Source: Fistulifera solaris | Lineage: Eukaryota | Reading direction: 5' to 3' | Length of the DNA stretch: 64,000 bases | Assembly (NCBI GenBank): GCA_030295235.1 | Contig: AP026167.1 | Location: 1-64,000 of the forward strand | Part shown: one piece after another, positions 1 to 12,919 of the stretch | Layout: every line of letters starts with the position of its first letter | How positions within the stretch are numbered: position 1 is the first letter of the stretch | Notes under the pieces: model-generated | Database searches by the model: none | The model's input: only the letters and a program-made list of their open reading frames with translations | What the model was told of the DNA's origin: nothing | Translations under genes and position numbers: made by a program

Positions 1-438
1 CCTAACCCTAACTCCTAACTCCTAACTCCTAACCTCCTAACCCTAACCCCAACCCTAACCCTAACCCTAACCCTCAACCCCAACCCTAACCCTAACCCTA
101 ACCCTAACCCTAACCCTAACCCCAACCCTAACCCTAACCCTAACCCTAACCCCAACCCTAACCCTAACCCTAACCCTAACCCTAACCCTAACCCTAACCC
201 CAACCCCAACCCTAACCCTAACCCTAACCCTAACCCTAACCCTAACCCTAACCCTAACCCTAACCCTAACCCTAACCCTAACCCTAACCCTAACCCTAAC
301 CCTAACCCTAACCCTAACCCTAACCCTAACCCTAACCCTAACCCTAACCCTAACCCTAACCCTAACCCTAACCCTAACCCTAATCCTAATCCTAACCCTA
401 ACCCTAACCCTAACCCTAACCCTAACCCTAACCCTAAC
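1..438. repeat. Telomeric repeat tract (CCCTAA)n, equivalent to TTAGGG; left chromosome end
   Basis: About 70 tandem CCCTAA units from base 1, with variant units (CTCCTAA, CCCCAA, TCCTAA); ends abruptly at ...ccctaacgctg. Confidence 0.98.
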
Positions 439-3400
439 GCTGAAAAATGGCTCTTCACCAGACTTCAAATTACTATTGGTCAATCAAAACAAGGGTTCTG
501 ACAGTAAAACTTCTTCCTTTCTCACTCACAAAAATATAAGTGTCAACTTCATCATGCAATTGCTGTCAATTAAGTCTTTATTTTACATCTTTTACTTCAC
601 TTCAATGTCGGATGCCAAAGTGCTGTACCTTTTTGACAGAATTTACTCATCCATGTATGCTTCATTGGCAACCAAACTCCACCATGTACCACGCCTTATT
701 CCGCTGATGACGCCTGTGATTTTAAATTCTTATGGATGACATGGAATGTGTCGGTACAATCCAAAAGAGCACTCATTTGGGGTGCTCTTCGTGCATGGTG
801 TGATTTTTGAGACACCATAACTCCCCCAAAAATCGCTCAAACCACCCGCTTCTTTTCTCATCCTCCCTTCATGCCCACAATGTATCTCATGCGCACCTTT
901 AACATCTGACAACATCAATTTTTCCGACATACAAATGCGTTTTCTTCAAGCCAACTGGCATGACAATGGTCAATGGTACCATAGCCGCGGAGTGTGAAGG
1001 ACAGACTGCAGCATTTTGGAACTGTTGGTGGGTGTGAAGGTCATCCTGCGCAACCACGAAGTGTCTCACCAGGTACTCGTACTGATAGTAAACGCTACAA
1101 TGACACTTGACGCTTTAGGAGTTCTTACAACAATTTTCCTGTAAGTCAGTGATGATGGCTGTTTCTCTTACAAAAGGAAAAACAGAACGGAACGGGACGT
1201 CTCCTTCAAAGTAAATAATGTAGTTGGTGCCACTTCATAATTATTTTATTACTCTTTACTTCACAATGGACGACAGGTATAACTGTTTTTTAAAGAACAC
1301 AACGGAACATCTGCTTTCCACCTTCAATGTGACGTTATGCAGCATAAAGTACTGCTTGTGGACCGGGCAACTCTATTGGCTGTGAAATATATACTGGCCC
1401 CCCTGCCCAAACCACCAACCACTGAAGCTTTGCCGGGGCTGTTTTACTGGGTGAAGTTCTCACTGGTTGTCTTTGCCGTGAACAAAGTTGTACCCCTTTG
1501 CTGTCTCCCCACTTGACAACAAAAGTTTTACAGGAAGAACAGAAGCTAGAGGACACCGGGACATTAAATTTCACTGGTAATTCGCTTTGTCAAAAAAAAG
1601 GAGAACCAACAAAACACTGCAACATTGCAATGCCTGCTTGGCTGGTATTATATCCGTTTCAGACTTACCATTTAAGAAATAAAAACCCGGGTGGACAAAT
1701 AGTAAATCTTCTGTTCTTTTGATTGCCTTCCAAGCAATTTTCTTTACTGGTGATTCATTGGCCAAATAAAGGGAAGCAAAGGAACACTGGAACATTGAAC
1801 TTCCTGCTTGGCTGGTATAATATCCATTTCAGACTTACCAGTTAACATAAAAACCTGGTTCACAAATAGAGAATTTTTGTTCTTTGTGATTATGCCCAAG
1901 CAATTTTCTTAACTGGTTATTCATTTGTTGCCCCCCAAGAAGTGTTGCAATTGCATGTGCATCCATTGGTACCACAAAAGAAAAAAAACAGAATCGCTGC
2001 ATTCATCATCCATTCAGGTAAGGAACATCCATTTGTTTGAAACTTCCCACCATGCTACCCTTTCGCGAATCCATACAAGAAGCAGCGAAAGCAGCTTCCT
2101 TCACCACGTAAGGCCCTCTGCTCCGCTGCTTCCCTTTGAGGTAACTTATCCTTTCATCACTGTCCATGTCGAAATGATCCGACATGTTTCTGTGGTGCTT
2201 GTCAGAGACTCATGGAGCAGGAAGACCCCAGTTCTGTGCTCGCTTTCCCTCCCCCGCGTGAAAACAGATTGCTTCAGCGCCAACGGCATTTCTGCTGCTG
2301 ATCACGTGGTTGTCTTTACAGGTACTGTTGGAGCTCTCTGTTTCGGTGCTAGAGGCAGCTGGGGAAGAGAATCCACCCCAGGCTCATCGTCATGTGAATG
2401 TTGTTCGTGATCTAACCCTTCCCCTTGCATTGTGCTGCAGCGCATAAGCCACTATGGGCCAAATGCCAACGGCAACGCAGGCCCTATCCTTGGTCCGTGC
2501 TGACACGCATTCAAAACATCACTTTGGAGCCGGCTAATGCCCATGCCGCAGAGTCGCCAACGGTGGGATGTTCCCGACAACCAACAGATCTCCAATGCTT
2601 ATGCAAATGGTGCTCTCAATGAACTTGCTGGTATTGGGATGGATGTTGCATCGGTTTGCACTACCATCAATGACCTTTTCTCTGCTGTTGTTGCATCCTG
2701 CTTCTTGACGGCACTTTCAAATATTGGAATCCATCGCCTCTCGTGATGCTGGAAACATTGCTCCTCGTGGATGAGACCCGTCCCAACTCCAGAAGCTTTG
2801 CCACAAACTACAAGGCTAACATGCTGTTCGCTCCACTCATGGCAACCGACAAAAGATTTCCACCTTGAACTGTCGCAATGGGACCGAGTTTTACTACAAC
2901 GCAGAATGGTCAGAAAATCAGCAATCCATCTTTCTGGGAGGACCACGCCAGTATCAAGCTGCAAGGCGGAGGGAACTTTTCCAGCATTGAAATTGGTGCA
3001 TTTGTTCCTGAGTGGTCAATTCCTGAGGCGGATATGCAGGAACATAAGCTGGCAATGACTTGGATGGCGGAAAATGGGCCTGTCTTTCCTAACGGCCAGG
3101 TGTTCTACTTGAGTTTGAAGCAAGAGTATGTCACTGTCTTTATTCGCAACATGCAGAGTCCCCTTGTTGCGGCTGCCCGAATGAAGGCTTCTTCCCTGTT
3201 TTTGCTGCAAAGAACCTCCTTGTGCAGAAAACAGAAAACTTTGGCCTCAATGGCGCCCAGTTGACAACAATTAACATGCAGCCCAGGTCCTATCTTGCCC
3301 TGATTGGTTTCTCCAAAGGCTTACAAGGATGACTTACAGATCATTGCCATCAAGAATGACAACAATGAATTGATGGTCTTGCCCAACAACAACGCCCTGA

Positions 3401-3580
3401 GCAGCCGTGATTCGTTCTCTCCTTCTTGCATTTCCTTCATATTACATCCAACATTGCATTTCTCTAGGTAATCGGTTTTTACATAACTATTCAATGCATT
3501 TTATCTTACTCCAACATTTCCTTCTATTCCATCTTCCTTACTCCCTTGTTACTGGTTCCTACTTCCTATTTACCTAGTTC
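439..3580. other. Telomere-associated subtelomeric block, CpG-poor, containing decayed ORF remnants
   Basis: CG is visibly rare and TG/CA common compared with sequence after 3705; only short broken ORFs, no recognisable protein. Confidence 0.5.
1613..1927. repeat. Diverged tandem duplication, period about 170 bp
   Basis: aacactg.aacattg..cctgcttggctggtat.atatcc.tttcagacttacca...caagcaattttc..actgg..attcatt occurs at 1613 and again at 1783. Confidence 0.8.
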
Positions 3581-3702
3581 TAAGTTCCTTTTTCCAAGTT
3601 CCAAGTTCCATATCCCAATTTCCAAATTCCTAACCCTAAGTTCCTTTTTCCAAGTTCCAAGTTCCATATCCCAATTTCCAAATTCATAACCTTAACCCTA
3701 AC
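3581..3702. repeat. 56-bp tandem duplication ending in interstitial telomere-like motifs
   Basis: taagttcctttttccaagttccaagttccatatcccaatttccaaattc at 3581 and 3637, followed by ctaaccctaa and taaccttaaccctaac respectively. Confidence 0.85.
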
Positions 3703-4053
3703 TCGGGGCAAGACTCTAGTTGAAGTTCGCTCCTCGTCCGGCTTTGTCGCGCGATTGTCGCGCACATTCTCCGACGGTCGAGATACGTCTACGTCACTCG
3801 TCTCACCAGAAATCTGCGAACGACGCCATGGTCGTTGTCGGCCTTTTTTCTTTCAAGCCTCTCATCACGCTTACGATTCTGGGATCCTCGTCGTCTTGTG
3901 TCATCCATTGCAAGTGCACGCAACACACACTTCAGCAGTGTCTCTCTTTTAAACCGACATTTACGCCAGGATAATAATATTCTTATTGTTATTCTCTCGG
4001 TTCTTCCTCTCTACATTTCAATTAAGTCGATTCGTAGCAATAAAGCCGTAAAA

Positions 4054-5590
4054 ATGAAGTTGACGTTTGTATTTGCCTTGTTGGCTGCGTCGGCGCAAGC
4101 TTTTGCTCCGCAACGCGCTGTTCGTATCTCTCCTTTGACAAAGCAATTCGAAGGCCGAACTTCTGCCGAGCTAGGAACTCCTTGTGAAGATGAATGTGCG
4201 CTCGAATCTTTTCCCAATCTTCCCGAATCGGTGCATCCGGGTGTTTTGAGCGGAAAGGCCATGATGGATTTGCTTAGACATGCGAAAGAGAACGGTAAGT
4301 GAAGACGACATGAAAGAGACAGAGAGAGAGAAATATAGACAGGGAGTTTTATCGAATACAGCAGTGACTTGCTAAGTTTCATTTGACTCGCTTGTGGTTC
4401 GTCTGTTGCCATTTTGTCGATTGAGGAGACGTTTGATTCGCCGTTCGATCTTGCCTGTTGCTGTCGAGGCTTTATGAAAGTTCTTCACTCATCTCTTTTA
4501 TTTCTCTCTCATTCGTCTTCGCAGGATACGCCATTCCTGCCGTCAACTGCGTCACTAGCTCTAGTATTAACGCCTGTTTGGAGGCCGCTCGCAAAAACGA
4601 TTCTCCCATTATCATCCAGTTGTCGTCGGGAGGATCGCAGTTTTACGGAGGAAAAGGACTTGATAACAGCAACTATCGTGCGGCGATTGCCGGAGCTGTC
4701 AGTGCTGCCTTTCACACGCGCACGATGGCCGAACAATACGGCGTTCCTGTCATTTTGCACACGGATCACTGTGCGAAGAAACTCTTGCCGTGGGTCGATG
4801 GACTTTTGTCGGCTTCCGAGCGCTATTTCAAAACGCATGGCGAACCGCTCTTTTCCAGTCACATGATCGATCTCTCTGAAGAGCCCATCGAGGAGAACAT
4901 TGAGATTTGCCAGGATTACTTGAGGCGAATGAGCAAGTTGGGTATGTTGCTCGAAATGGAGTTGGGTATCACGGGAGGAGAAGAGGATGGTGTCGATAAT
5001 AGTGATCGTCCTATCGACGAGCTTTATTCGAAACCGGAAGAAATCTACCAAGTTTACGAAGCTTTGACGCCCATTTCGAATATGTTCTCTGTCGCGGCTG
5101 CTTTCGGTAATGTGCATGGTGTTTACAGTCCGGGCAATGTTAAGTTGGAGCCCAAGATTCTGGATCGAGCGCAAACGTACATTTCCGAGAAGCTCGGCGA
5201 TAAGGCGCCTGCAGACAAGAAGCCGGTCATGTTTGTGTTCCACGGTGGATCGGGCAGTGATGTCAGCGATATTCAGGAAGCCATCGGCTACGGCGTCATC
5301 AAGATGAACATTGACACCGACACGCAGTGGAGTTACTGGGAGGGCATCAAAACTTCGAGGAAAAGTACCACGATTACTTGCAGTCCCAGATCGGCAACCC
5401 CGACGGCCCAGACAAGCCCAACAAGAAGTACTACGATCCTCGTGAATGTCTGCGAGCGGCTGAAGTCAACACGGTTAAGCGCTTGGAAATGAGTTTCGGA
5501 GATTTGAAGTGCAAAAACATTTTAGGATTGGGCGAGGTTTCGGATGCCAAGAACATACTAGGACCCCGACGCGGTGGTCTTCCGGTATAA
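4054..5590 (+). CDS. fba: Plastid-targeted class II fructose-1,6-bisphosphate aldolase; exon 1 4054-4294, intron 4295-4524, exon 2 4525-5590; apparent 1-nt deletion in the A-run at 5349-5352
   Basis: Class II motifs PAVN, HTDHC, SSHMIDLS, EMELGITGGEEDG, AFGNVHGVY, FHGGSG, KMNIDTD, PNKKYYDPR; signal peptide ending AQA-FAP; GTAAGT...GCAG intron joins ENG/YAIP in frame; one extra A restores GIKNFEEKYHDYL. Confidence 0.95.
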
Positions 5591-5739
5591 AGCAACGGAA
5601 ACATGGATGCAACTGCTTCTAAGAAATATCGCTCACATCAGTCAGAATTAATTTATTACGAGTGTTAGTCGTTAGCGTTACGGTGGCTTTCTCCAAAGGT
5701 TTGAATGATTTCTTTGTTGACTGTAACACGTAGGCGTTC

Positions 5740-6185
5740 AACATTTCCGGACGCTTTCGTTCGTGCCATTTCTTGTCGACTCGTCCGTGGTCAATATAAT
5801 AATTAAGATTATCGCATATTTTTCTCGGAGAGCTGAAAAGGATTTGCATCGCGTATAGACTCACACAGCACATCCACGTTGATCCGTCTCCAATTGCCGA
5901 TGCCACAAGCATTGGTTAAACTGTCGCAAATTGTTTCACCATAAGCAACGTACCATTATAGAAGCGACCTAGCGAGTCGAGCTGATGGTGAGCCGTTCGA
6001 GTGTCTTTTCGGCAGAACCATCTTGTATCTTGTATTGCAGTCATGCAATTTCGGCAAAGGAATTGCGCCGGTTCTTCCAGAAAGAGACAAATTGGCAACG
6101 TTGATTGCGTCTTTGCCGGCCGAAAAGCCTTTTGTTCGATCAAAGGCAGTTTCGTGGGAATGTGCTGCAGTATTGGGTCATCCAT
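5740..6185 (-). pseudogene. Family A copy with a large internal deletion (N-terminus joined to C-terminus)
   Basis: MDDPILQHIP..EQKAFRP..LPICLFLEEP runs directly into LGRFYNGT..*PMLVASA, which matches the family C-terminal motif. Confidence 0.6.
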
Positions 6186-6271
6186 CGTCTACGTTTTCTA
6201 TTCTTGTGAAAAATACTAGTTTTGAACTGATTAAACGTTTTGTTGCAAGCAACAATTCTGTTTCTTTGGCG

Positions 6272-7830
6272 CTAGTCCAACGACACGACCACGCCTGTGC
6301 CGCTCATTAGCTCACAAAGCATATCCGTATGAAAGGACAGCAGCTGCGCTGAGTACGGAAAGTCCGACGAAGCGCATTCTGTCACGGCGGCCGCCACCAA
6401 CGATGGCCGAAGAGATGTAGGCTCTTTTGCGATCTTTGTAAATCGGGTATAGATGTAGTTATGCGCATAAATTTCGGCCGATGGAGGACCCATTTGTGAT
6501 CCTTTTGCCCTCTTTGTCGGTGAACAATGAGATTGTGTTTACGGAGAGCAACCGCCTCCAGAGCGGAATAATAGGGCCGGCAGGCGAATTCATTATCATC
6601 AACTTCTGACTCCCTCGTCAACCGGGTGGAAAGGGATGCAATGTTACCACACGCAATCGCTCGCTCTCGGCGATAGTATCAAGACATTATTCAAAGGGGA
6701 ACCCAAAGAGAAGAGAAAAGGGGTGTTGCTGAGTGTAAGATGGGTCAAATTGTTATTTGCACTCAAGGCAGCAATCAGTGCCCGAACGACAGGTTCCGGG
6801 TCATCAATTGCTAACGGCGGGTGAAAAGGTGGAAATGAAGAATATCGTGGAGTGTCCAAGCACAGTCGTTCAAAATGACCTAAATGGGCCACACGGGTAA
6901 TAAACGCGACCAGCTTTCCTCCGCCTCTGTCGTCTATTGCGAAGCCACTTGAAAGTCACAGAAAGATCTTTCGTGACTATATCGAGAAAATCCAAGTCAT
7001 GTGGACGGATAATAGAGATTCGACTCTCGTAGTCTAGAGTTTTCACCTTCGTGGAGAAAGGGGTAAAGTATTCATCTAGGTCAGATATTTGAGTCGTGAG
7101 TTTCTCGATTACATTGTCAAGATTCAAAAGTTGTTTCAAGCCATAGAAAGGCATCCCTTCAAGGGTGCCGCCTTTAATTGATAATGAACCGAAAGAAGAT
7201 TGTCGGCTCTCCAATGCATCAACGAATGCGGCGCCTTCATCCATGAAAATTGGAAAGCATCTCTCAGACGTCAAAATGAAATTAAAAGATACGATCTCGT
7301 AGCCATGACCCTGGCTTGCTCTGGAGTCCAAGGCCCTGTTTGCAACTCAATTTTACGGGTAGGATTCGCGTCGAAAATTTGCTCAAGCTGTTTCGGTGAG
7401 AAGGCGGCAACATTGAAGTACCGACTTGCGCCCTCGCGAAGACAACCTGTCGCCCTTCACATATTCGATGTGAAGCGATGCTTCCGGATGCTTGGGATGC
7501 TTTAAAGACCAGAACCATGTAGCCGTCTCGGCGACATCTTCATCCGTTCTGCCGAAAATCGCGCAGCAGAGCCTTTGCACTTTGTTTACGTGTCGAATCG
7601 AAAAAAATACACCTCGACGATCATTTAATCTAAAGGAGCCGCGAGGACTATTCAGAACTCGAATGATGCTATTACCGCCGCGCAGAATTAAAATTTCGGG
7701 GTTTAAACATTCTTCCCAGTTGAAATCATCAAGAGAGCTCGGTTCACGCGCAATTTTGTACATCGGGACGTTGCATTCAAGGAAGCCGTGCGTCTCTTTC
7801 GGAATCAGCTCCACTACATCCTGACGTCAA
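6272..7830 (-). pseudogene. Family A (LRR/RNI-like) copy with several frameshifts
   Basis: ELIP, REPSSLDDFNW, IFGRTDEDVAETATWFWSL, AFVDALESRQSSFGSL, PFSTKV, NLTHLTL and FHTDMLCE are spread over 5-6 ORF fragments. Confidence 0.8.
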
Positions 7831-8311
7831 AAGCCAAAAAGCATGTTTAGAATGAACATAGACTATGTTTTTATCGCAACTGCGAGACGCTTTGTCACGA
7901 CTCCATTTTAGTCGCGAATGTATCACAATAATCTTTATTCATTCGTCTTTTGACGGCCAGACCAATTTATAGTTATAATGAATTCGTTTCTTTGACTGCG
8001 TTAATAAGCCTTTAATTGTCTAGCTTACTAAGTCAATACCCGAAGCAGCATTACCGTACACTGCTTGTCAAAAATTAATGGGAATCATGACCGTCAACAC
8101 TCGCAACAATCCAAAGAGCAACAAGACTCTATACGTTATCAGCCAAGACCGAATTTCAGTAATGAATCGTTATTGGACACGTCGAGCCTTTTGAGACCTT
8201 TCTTGACATGGGATTCCTTATAAACTAGATTTTTCAACTTTCAACTGCTATGAGCCTAATTTGTCACGGTATGATCGCGCTCCCGATCAATGATTGTGCG
8301 TAAGTTCAAAA

Positions 8312-8868
8312 CTACCAGAATGTCTGTATGCCCGAAAACACCGACGATTCCAGAATTTCTGGAAAGTATCCACAATGTATGTATCTGTATGCCTGAAAAC
8401 ACAGATGATTCCAGAATTTTTAGAACGTATCCAGAACGTCTGTATGTTCGAAAAACCGACTCCACAATTTCTGGAAGCATCCAGAATTTCTGTAATCTCG
8501 AAAAAGCTCTTCCAGAATTTCTGGGAATTGTCCAAAATGTCTGTATGACCGAATTCAGCGTTTCCAGAAATTCTGAAACTAATCCAGATTTCACTTCGAC
8601 TAAGAACACCGATTCCAGAATTTCTAGAAATACCCGGATTTTTCAAGCATGAGCACCTTGAGGCGCTTCTTGAGTACTTTTTGATCGTCGGCCATGGTGC
8701 CAGATCTGGAAAAAAACCAAAATGTCCACATGCCCGAAACCACTTACTTCAAAATTTTTGGACCGTATTCAGAATGCCCGAAAACACCATACCTTTTGAA
8801 TTTCTGGAACGTATCCAGAATGTCTGCTTGCCCGAAAACACAAACTCCAGAATTTCTGGAACGTATGC
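8312..8868. repeat. Degenerate minisatellite with near-palindromic core TTCCAGAATTTCTGGAA
   Basis: Repeated ccagaatgtctgtatgcccgaaaacac..gattccagaatttctggaa units of variable length; at least 8 core copies. Confidence 0.85.
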
Positions 8869-8896
8869 CACTTTGATTCAACAAGGAAATACAGAC

Positions 8897-10593
8897 TTAA
8901 ACTTTTCGAGCTGCTTTCTTCCCAACGAACGGTGACAAGGTCGTTCTTTCTCGTTTCGAACGAACAGTACCTTGAGAGTGGCTAGCTGAGTCAGTTAATC
9001 CATCATCCAATTCAGGCTCTGAAGCGACAAAATCTTCCCAATTAACTCCCTGTATTGATTCAAACAACACATCAGGGTGATTGGAGAGTAACAGCGCTGT
9101 GTTCTGGAAATTCCTGGATCCGCTTCCCGTCAAGGCCTTAAGGACCAGTAATGATCGTAATTCTGATTTTTCTTTTGTAAGCTTTGCGGAGCCGTTGTAA
9201 AATTTATTTAACGCGTATAGCACATCGATGCTAGACCCATTCGTGAAGATGTTTCCTTGATGATCACAAATCTCGATCTTCCGATTACGCGACAGTAAGC
9301 GCTCGAGCAAAGAGTAGTCTGGCGGGAGCGACTCATGGGAGCTATCGTCATTTCCTGAATACGTATTATAGTCCGGTGGATAATCATGTAAAACTATTTC
9401 ACGCAGTCCGCTGTGTACCTCCAAAGCTTGAAATACAGTTTCCAAATTGGGAGCCTTATCGAAAAGGAACAGAAATGCCCGCAAATCCAAATAGATGAGC
9501 TTTGTGTTTTTATTGATCATATGAATCAGTGCTTGTACAACGAGCGGTTCATCCCCCTCTTGTAGCCGATTCCAGTAATTAGAAAACGAAAAATCCAACC
9601 GCAAGAAATGTCCCAACCCCGCCAGTCGATTCAAAAACGCAACAACAAGCGTACCCGCTACTCGCCTTTCGACGTAATCAAAGTTGATTTCAAGATTCAG
9701 ATTTTCTGTTGTAATTTCGAGTGAACTGAAGTCTTCTGGTTTCATATCTTTTGCATGGATTTTGTAGTCCAAGCAGTTCACATGGGCCATCAAAGGAAGA
9801 AAATGTAGCTCTTCTTCGAGAACAGGAAGTTTGAGCGTTTTGATTTTGTTCTCCAGTGTCAATAGTCGGTGTAGATTGAGGCGAATCATGGGCATCTTGT
9901 CTGTAGGACACCTAAAATCGAGCATTCCAAAGGGTGATTGTTGATTCTCCTCCAGTGCATCTACGAATGAAGCCCCTCCATCTGAAAACCCCAACCCGTC
10001 GCGCGCCTCCATGAGAATCATGATGACAGGGTAAGACCGTGATCCCAAAACATGGCCCTGCTCTGCCGTTATTACACTGGTAGACAAGCAAAGGCACCGG
10101 GTGGGGTTCGAGTCGAGTACTTGAGCTAGCTGCTCTGCTCGAAGAGAAGCAAAATTGAACTTCGGCCCATAGGGGCGCTCAACATAATCGCTTTTGCAAT
10201 AATGATCGATTCGCAATAACGCACCCGTGATTTCCGGATGCTTGAGTGACCAGAACCAGGTGGCGGTTTCAGCGATTGCAGCATCCGTTTTACCGTAAAT
10301 GGCGCAGTTTACTGCATGACGACCGATTTTGTTGAGAAAAACGTGACACATCGTTCGTGATATTCTTGATGAGCGTAAGATCCCACGCACAAAATAGTCC
10401 CATTATCGCGCCACAAAGTGAGCGGATATCCGTTTCCAAGATCAAGTTCTTGAAGATCGATCGGTTCTCGAAGCAATCTGTGCAAAGGCAACTTCTCTGC
10501 AAGAGACGCCAATCGATAGGACTTTTGCTCTGCTGTATAATGTTCCTTTTCAATACATTTAAACAGAGCATCATTGTTGTTGCTTTGCTCCAT
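8897..10593 (-). CDS. Family A protein, about 565 aa; one homopolymer frameshift at 10337-10341
   Basis: ORF MEQSNNNDALF..WRDNGT..ERCVTFF joins LNKIGRHAVNCAIYGKTDAAIAETATWFWSL if one T is added; full motif set; basic C-terminus RSKRER..KKAARKV. Confidence 0.85.
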
Positions 10594-10981
10594 CTTCGTT
10601 GCAGATGATAACAATGATCGCATTCATTCAAGTCGTTGCTGTAATTGTTGATGCGAAATAATGCGACCCCGCATCGCCGCGTTTTTTGACGTGACTGTGT
10701 ACCGGTACGATCCGGAAGTGGATCTGACGCCGTCAGACGTCAGCTAAGGACGACGACTCATGTAAGTAACTACTCCGTTTACTTATTACTTATTGAAAAT
10801 TGTCAAGTAGTTACAGCAGAAGACAACGACTCAATAAAATATGTCCCTATTGAAAGACCGTGGACCAAGGTCGACAAAAGCAATAGAGTGATTGCACAAG
10901 AATTGGGCTCCTATACGGTTACGCAATAACTACGTAATAAGCATTTCTCAGGCAGGAAGATACTTAAAAATGCATCTACTG

Positions 10982-12529
10982 TCATTCATCTTGCAGGGAA
11001 AAACGAGTCATTGACATTGAGGTTTGCAGGAACTCGCACAGCATGTCCGTGTGGTTCGATAGCAAAAGTGAGGTATACTGAACGTTTTGTGAAGCGCTTT
11101 CCGTCAATGCAGTTGCCACGAACACCAATCGAAGTACTTGAGTTTCTTCCAAAACTTTTGCTGAACCATTAAAAAAGGAATTGAGCGCGTATAGCTTGTC
11201 GATGCTCGACCCGTTACTAAATTTTCGACCATGATAATCACAAACGGTAATTCTGCGGTTACGCGAGAGTAGCCGCTCTAGTGAAGAATAGTCCCATTCT
11301 CGCGGATCTTCGGAATTGTCTTCTGCGTTGGAGTAATATCCAGGTGGGTATGTGTGCAAAACGACCGTACGCAGTCCAGGGTGCTCTTCCATAGCTTCAA
11401 AAACAGCTTCCATGCAAGCGTCCGTATCAAAAAAGAGACGGAATGTTTCCCATATTCAAATAAGATAGATTTGAATTGCCGTTGACTGCGTTTATTATTG
11501 CAGGAACCACAACCTGATCGGCATTTGAAACTCGACTAAGATGCCAGAAGATGTCTTTATCGAATAAGAAACTCAATCTTTCGAAATGACTCAATCCAGT
11601 TATTCGATTCAAGATTGATGCGAGAAGGAAATGCCAGGTAGTACCTTCAGCACTGATTTGTAGCTTGAGCTCTTTCATCACCATGTCGAGTGACTCAAAA
11701 TCTTCGGGACTGAGGTCTTTGGCTTTGATGGAATAAACTAAAGTGTTTACCTTGGCCGCAAACGGTAGTAAAGCCATTTCGTCGCTTAAAAGACCTAATC
11801 TGAGTTCATCGATGATGTAATCAAGCTTTAGTAGTCGCTCCAGATTCGATTGGCTCATTAGCAATGCATCTTTCAGACAATTAATATCAAGAGAGCCAAA
11901 GCTAGATTGTCGTTTCCCGAGTTCATCTACAAACGCCGTTCCATCATCTTTGATCCCCCGAGCTCTACGTTCCGATGTAAGCCTCAAGTTCAAAGGATGA
12001 GGCCGAGTTGCTAGGATAACCAGTTGTTGTGTAGTCAACCAACTCGCTGTAAAACTGACACTTCTTGTCGGATTTGAGTCAAGAATGTGAGCTAGCTGAG
12101 CTGTTGAAAGAGCCGCAAAACTAAAGTTGCGCCTTTCGTCGTGAGACAAATGACTTCCGGTAATCAGATTTTTCACTGAATCAGAATGCGGAAGAGACCA
12201 GAACCAGGTTACCGTCTCAGCGATTGTCACATCCGATGTGCCGTATATCGCGCAGTTGAGTCGACGCTGGCTAACTCTATCAATCAAAAACTAACATAAC
12301 GTGCTTCTTCAAACTGCAGAGAAGGTTTGTCGCACACGCAAATGACAGTCTCGTTATCGCGCCAGATTACAATGTCGCGATTCGTTACCCAGTCAAATTC
12401 TTCGAGATGTGTCGGTTCTCGCAGCAAACGAAACATTGGCAGGTAGTCGGCTCTGTAGCCCAACTTGAATCCTTTTTGCGTGAAGAGTCCTTCTCTCGGA
12501 ATGAGCTCTAATAGCGGATTGTCGTTCAT
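10982..12529 (-). CDS. Family A protein; frameshifts at homopolymers 12286-12290 and 11429-11434
   Basis: MNDNPLLELIP..IWRDNET / IYGTSDVTIAETVTWFWSL..PFAAKVN / LLSRNR..NGSSIDKLYALN..LLSNHTD in three consecutive ORFs. Confidence 0.8.
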
Positions 12530-12919
12530 TTTTGATCAAGTTTAATGATAGTAAAGTATAACAATTCATTCTTTATTTTCAATGAGTCTTTTTATCGCAA
12601 TTATTTGCTGAGACAAATTGCTGCAAATACTTGTAATTGCGTACCAAGTACGGAGTAAAATACAGCGGACAGCGGGCACCTCGTTCGTTTTCGACTCAAT
12701 TGAACTTCAGTCCCGTACTGTAAATTGTCGCCGGACCAGCCAGAACATGCTAACAGTAAATGTATCGGTGTTGTGATCCTAACCTTGCTGTATTAATGAA
12801 TTTAAGGGGTGATTGATTGCGAAGGAAAATGTTGAAGGAGATAGGAGACTGTCACTCTTTCACCCCGATCATCCACAACCTGGACATTCAGGTTACGAGT
12901 CAGCAAATCCCCCAGCGCC

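Noticed and set aside
15..483. ORFs encoding (GL)n and (VR)n
   Set aside because: Translations of the telomeric hexamer, not genes
4509..5243. 244-aa minus-strand ORF
   Set aside because: Antisense shadow of the aldolase exon
5340..5360. Aldolase as a pseudogene or programmed frameshift site
   Set aside because: A single missing A in a homopolymer, with a conserved C-terminus downstream; the same error pattern recurs across the window
8312..8868. Canonical heat-shock element array
   Set aside because: TTCnnGAA halves are separated by 1 nt rather than the 2 nt needed for contiguous nGAAn pentamers
8256..8935. Repeat array as a CRISPR locus, and its overlapping ORFs
   Set aside because: Eukaryotic context, degenerate units without unique spacers and no cas genes; the ORFs are by-products of the repeat
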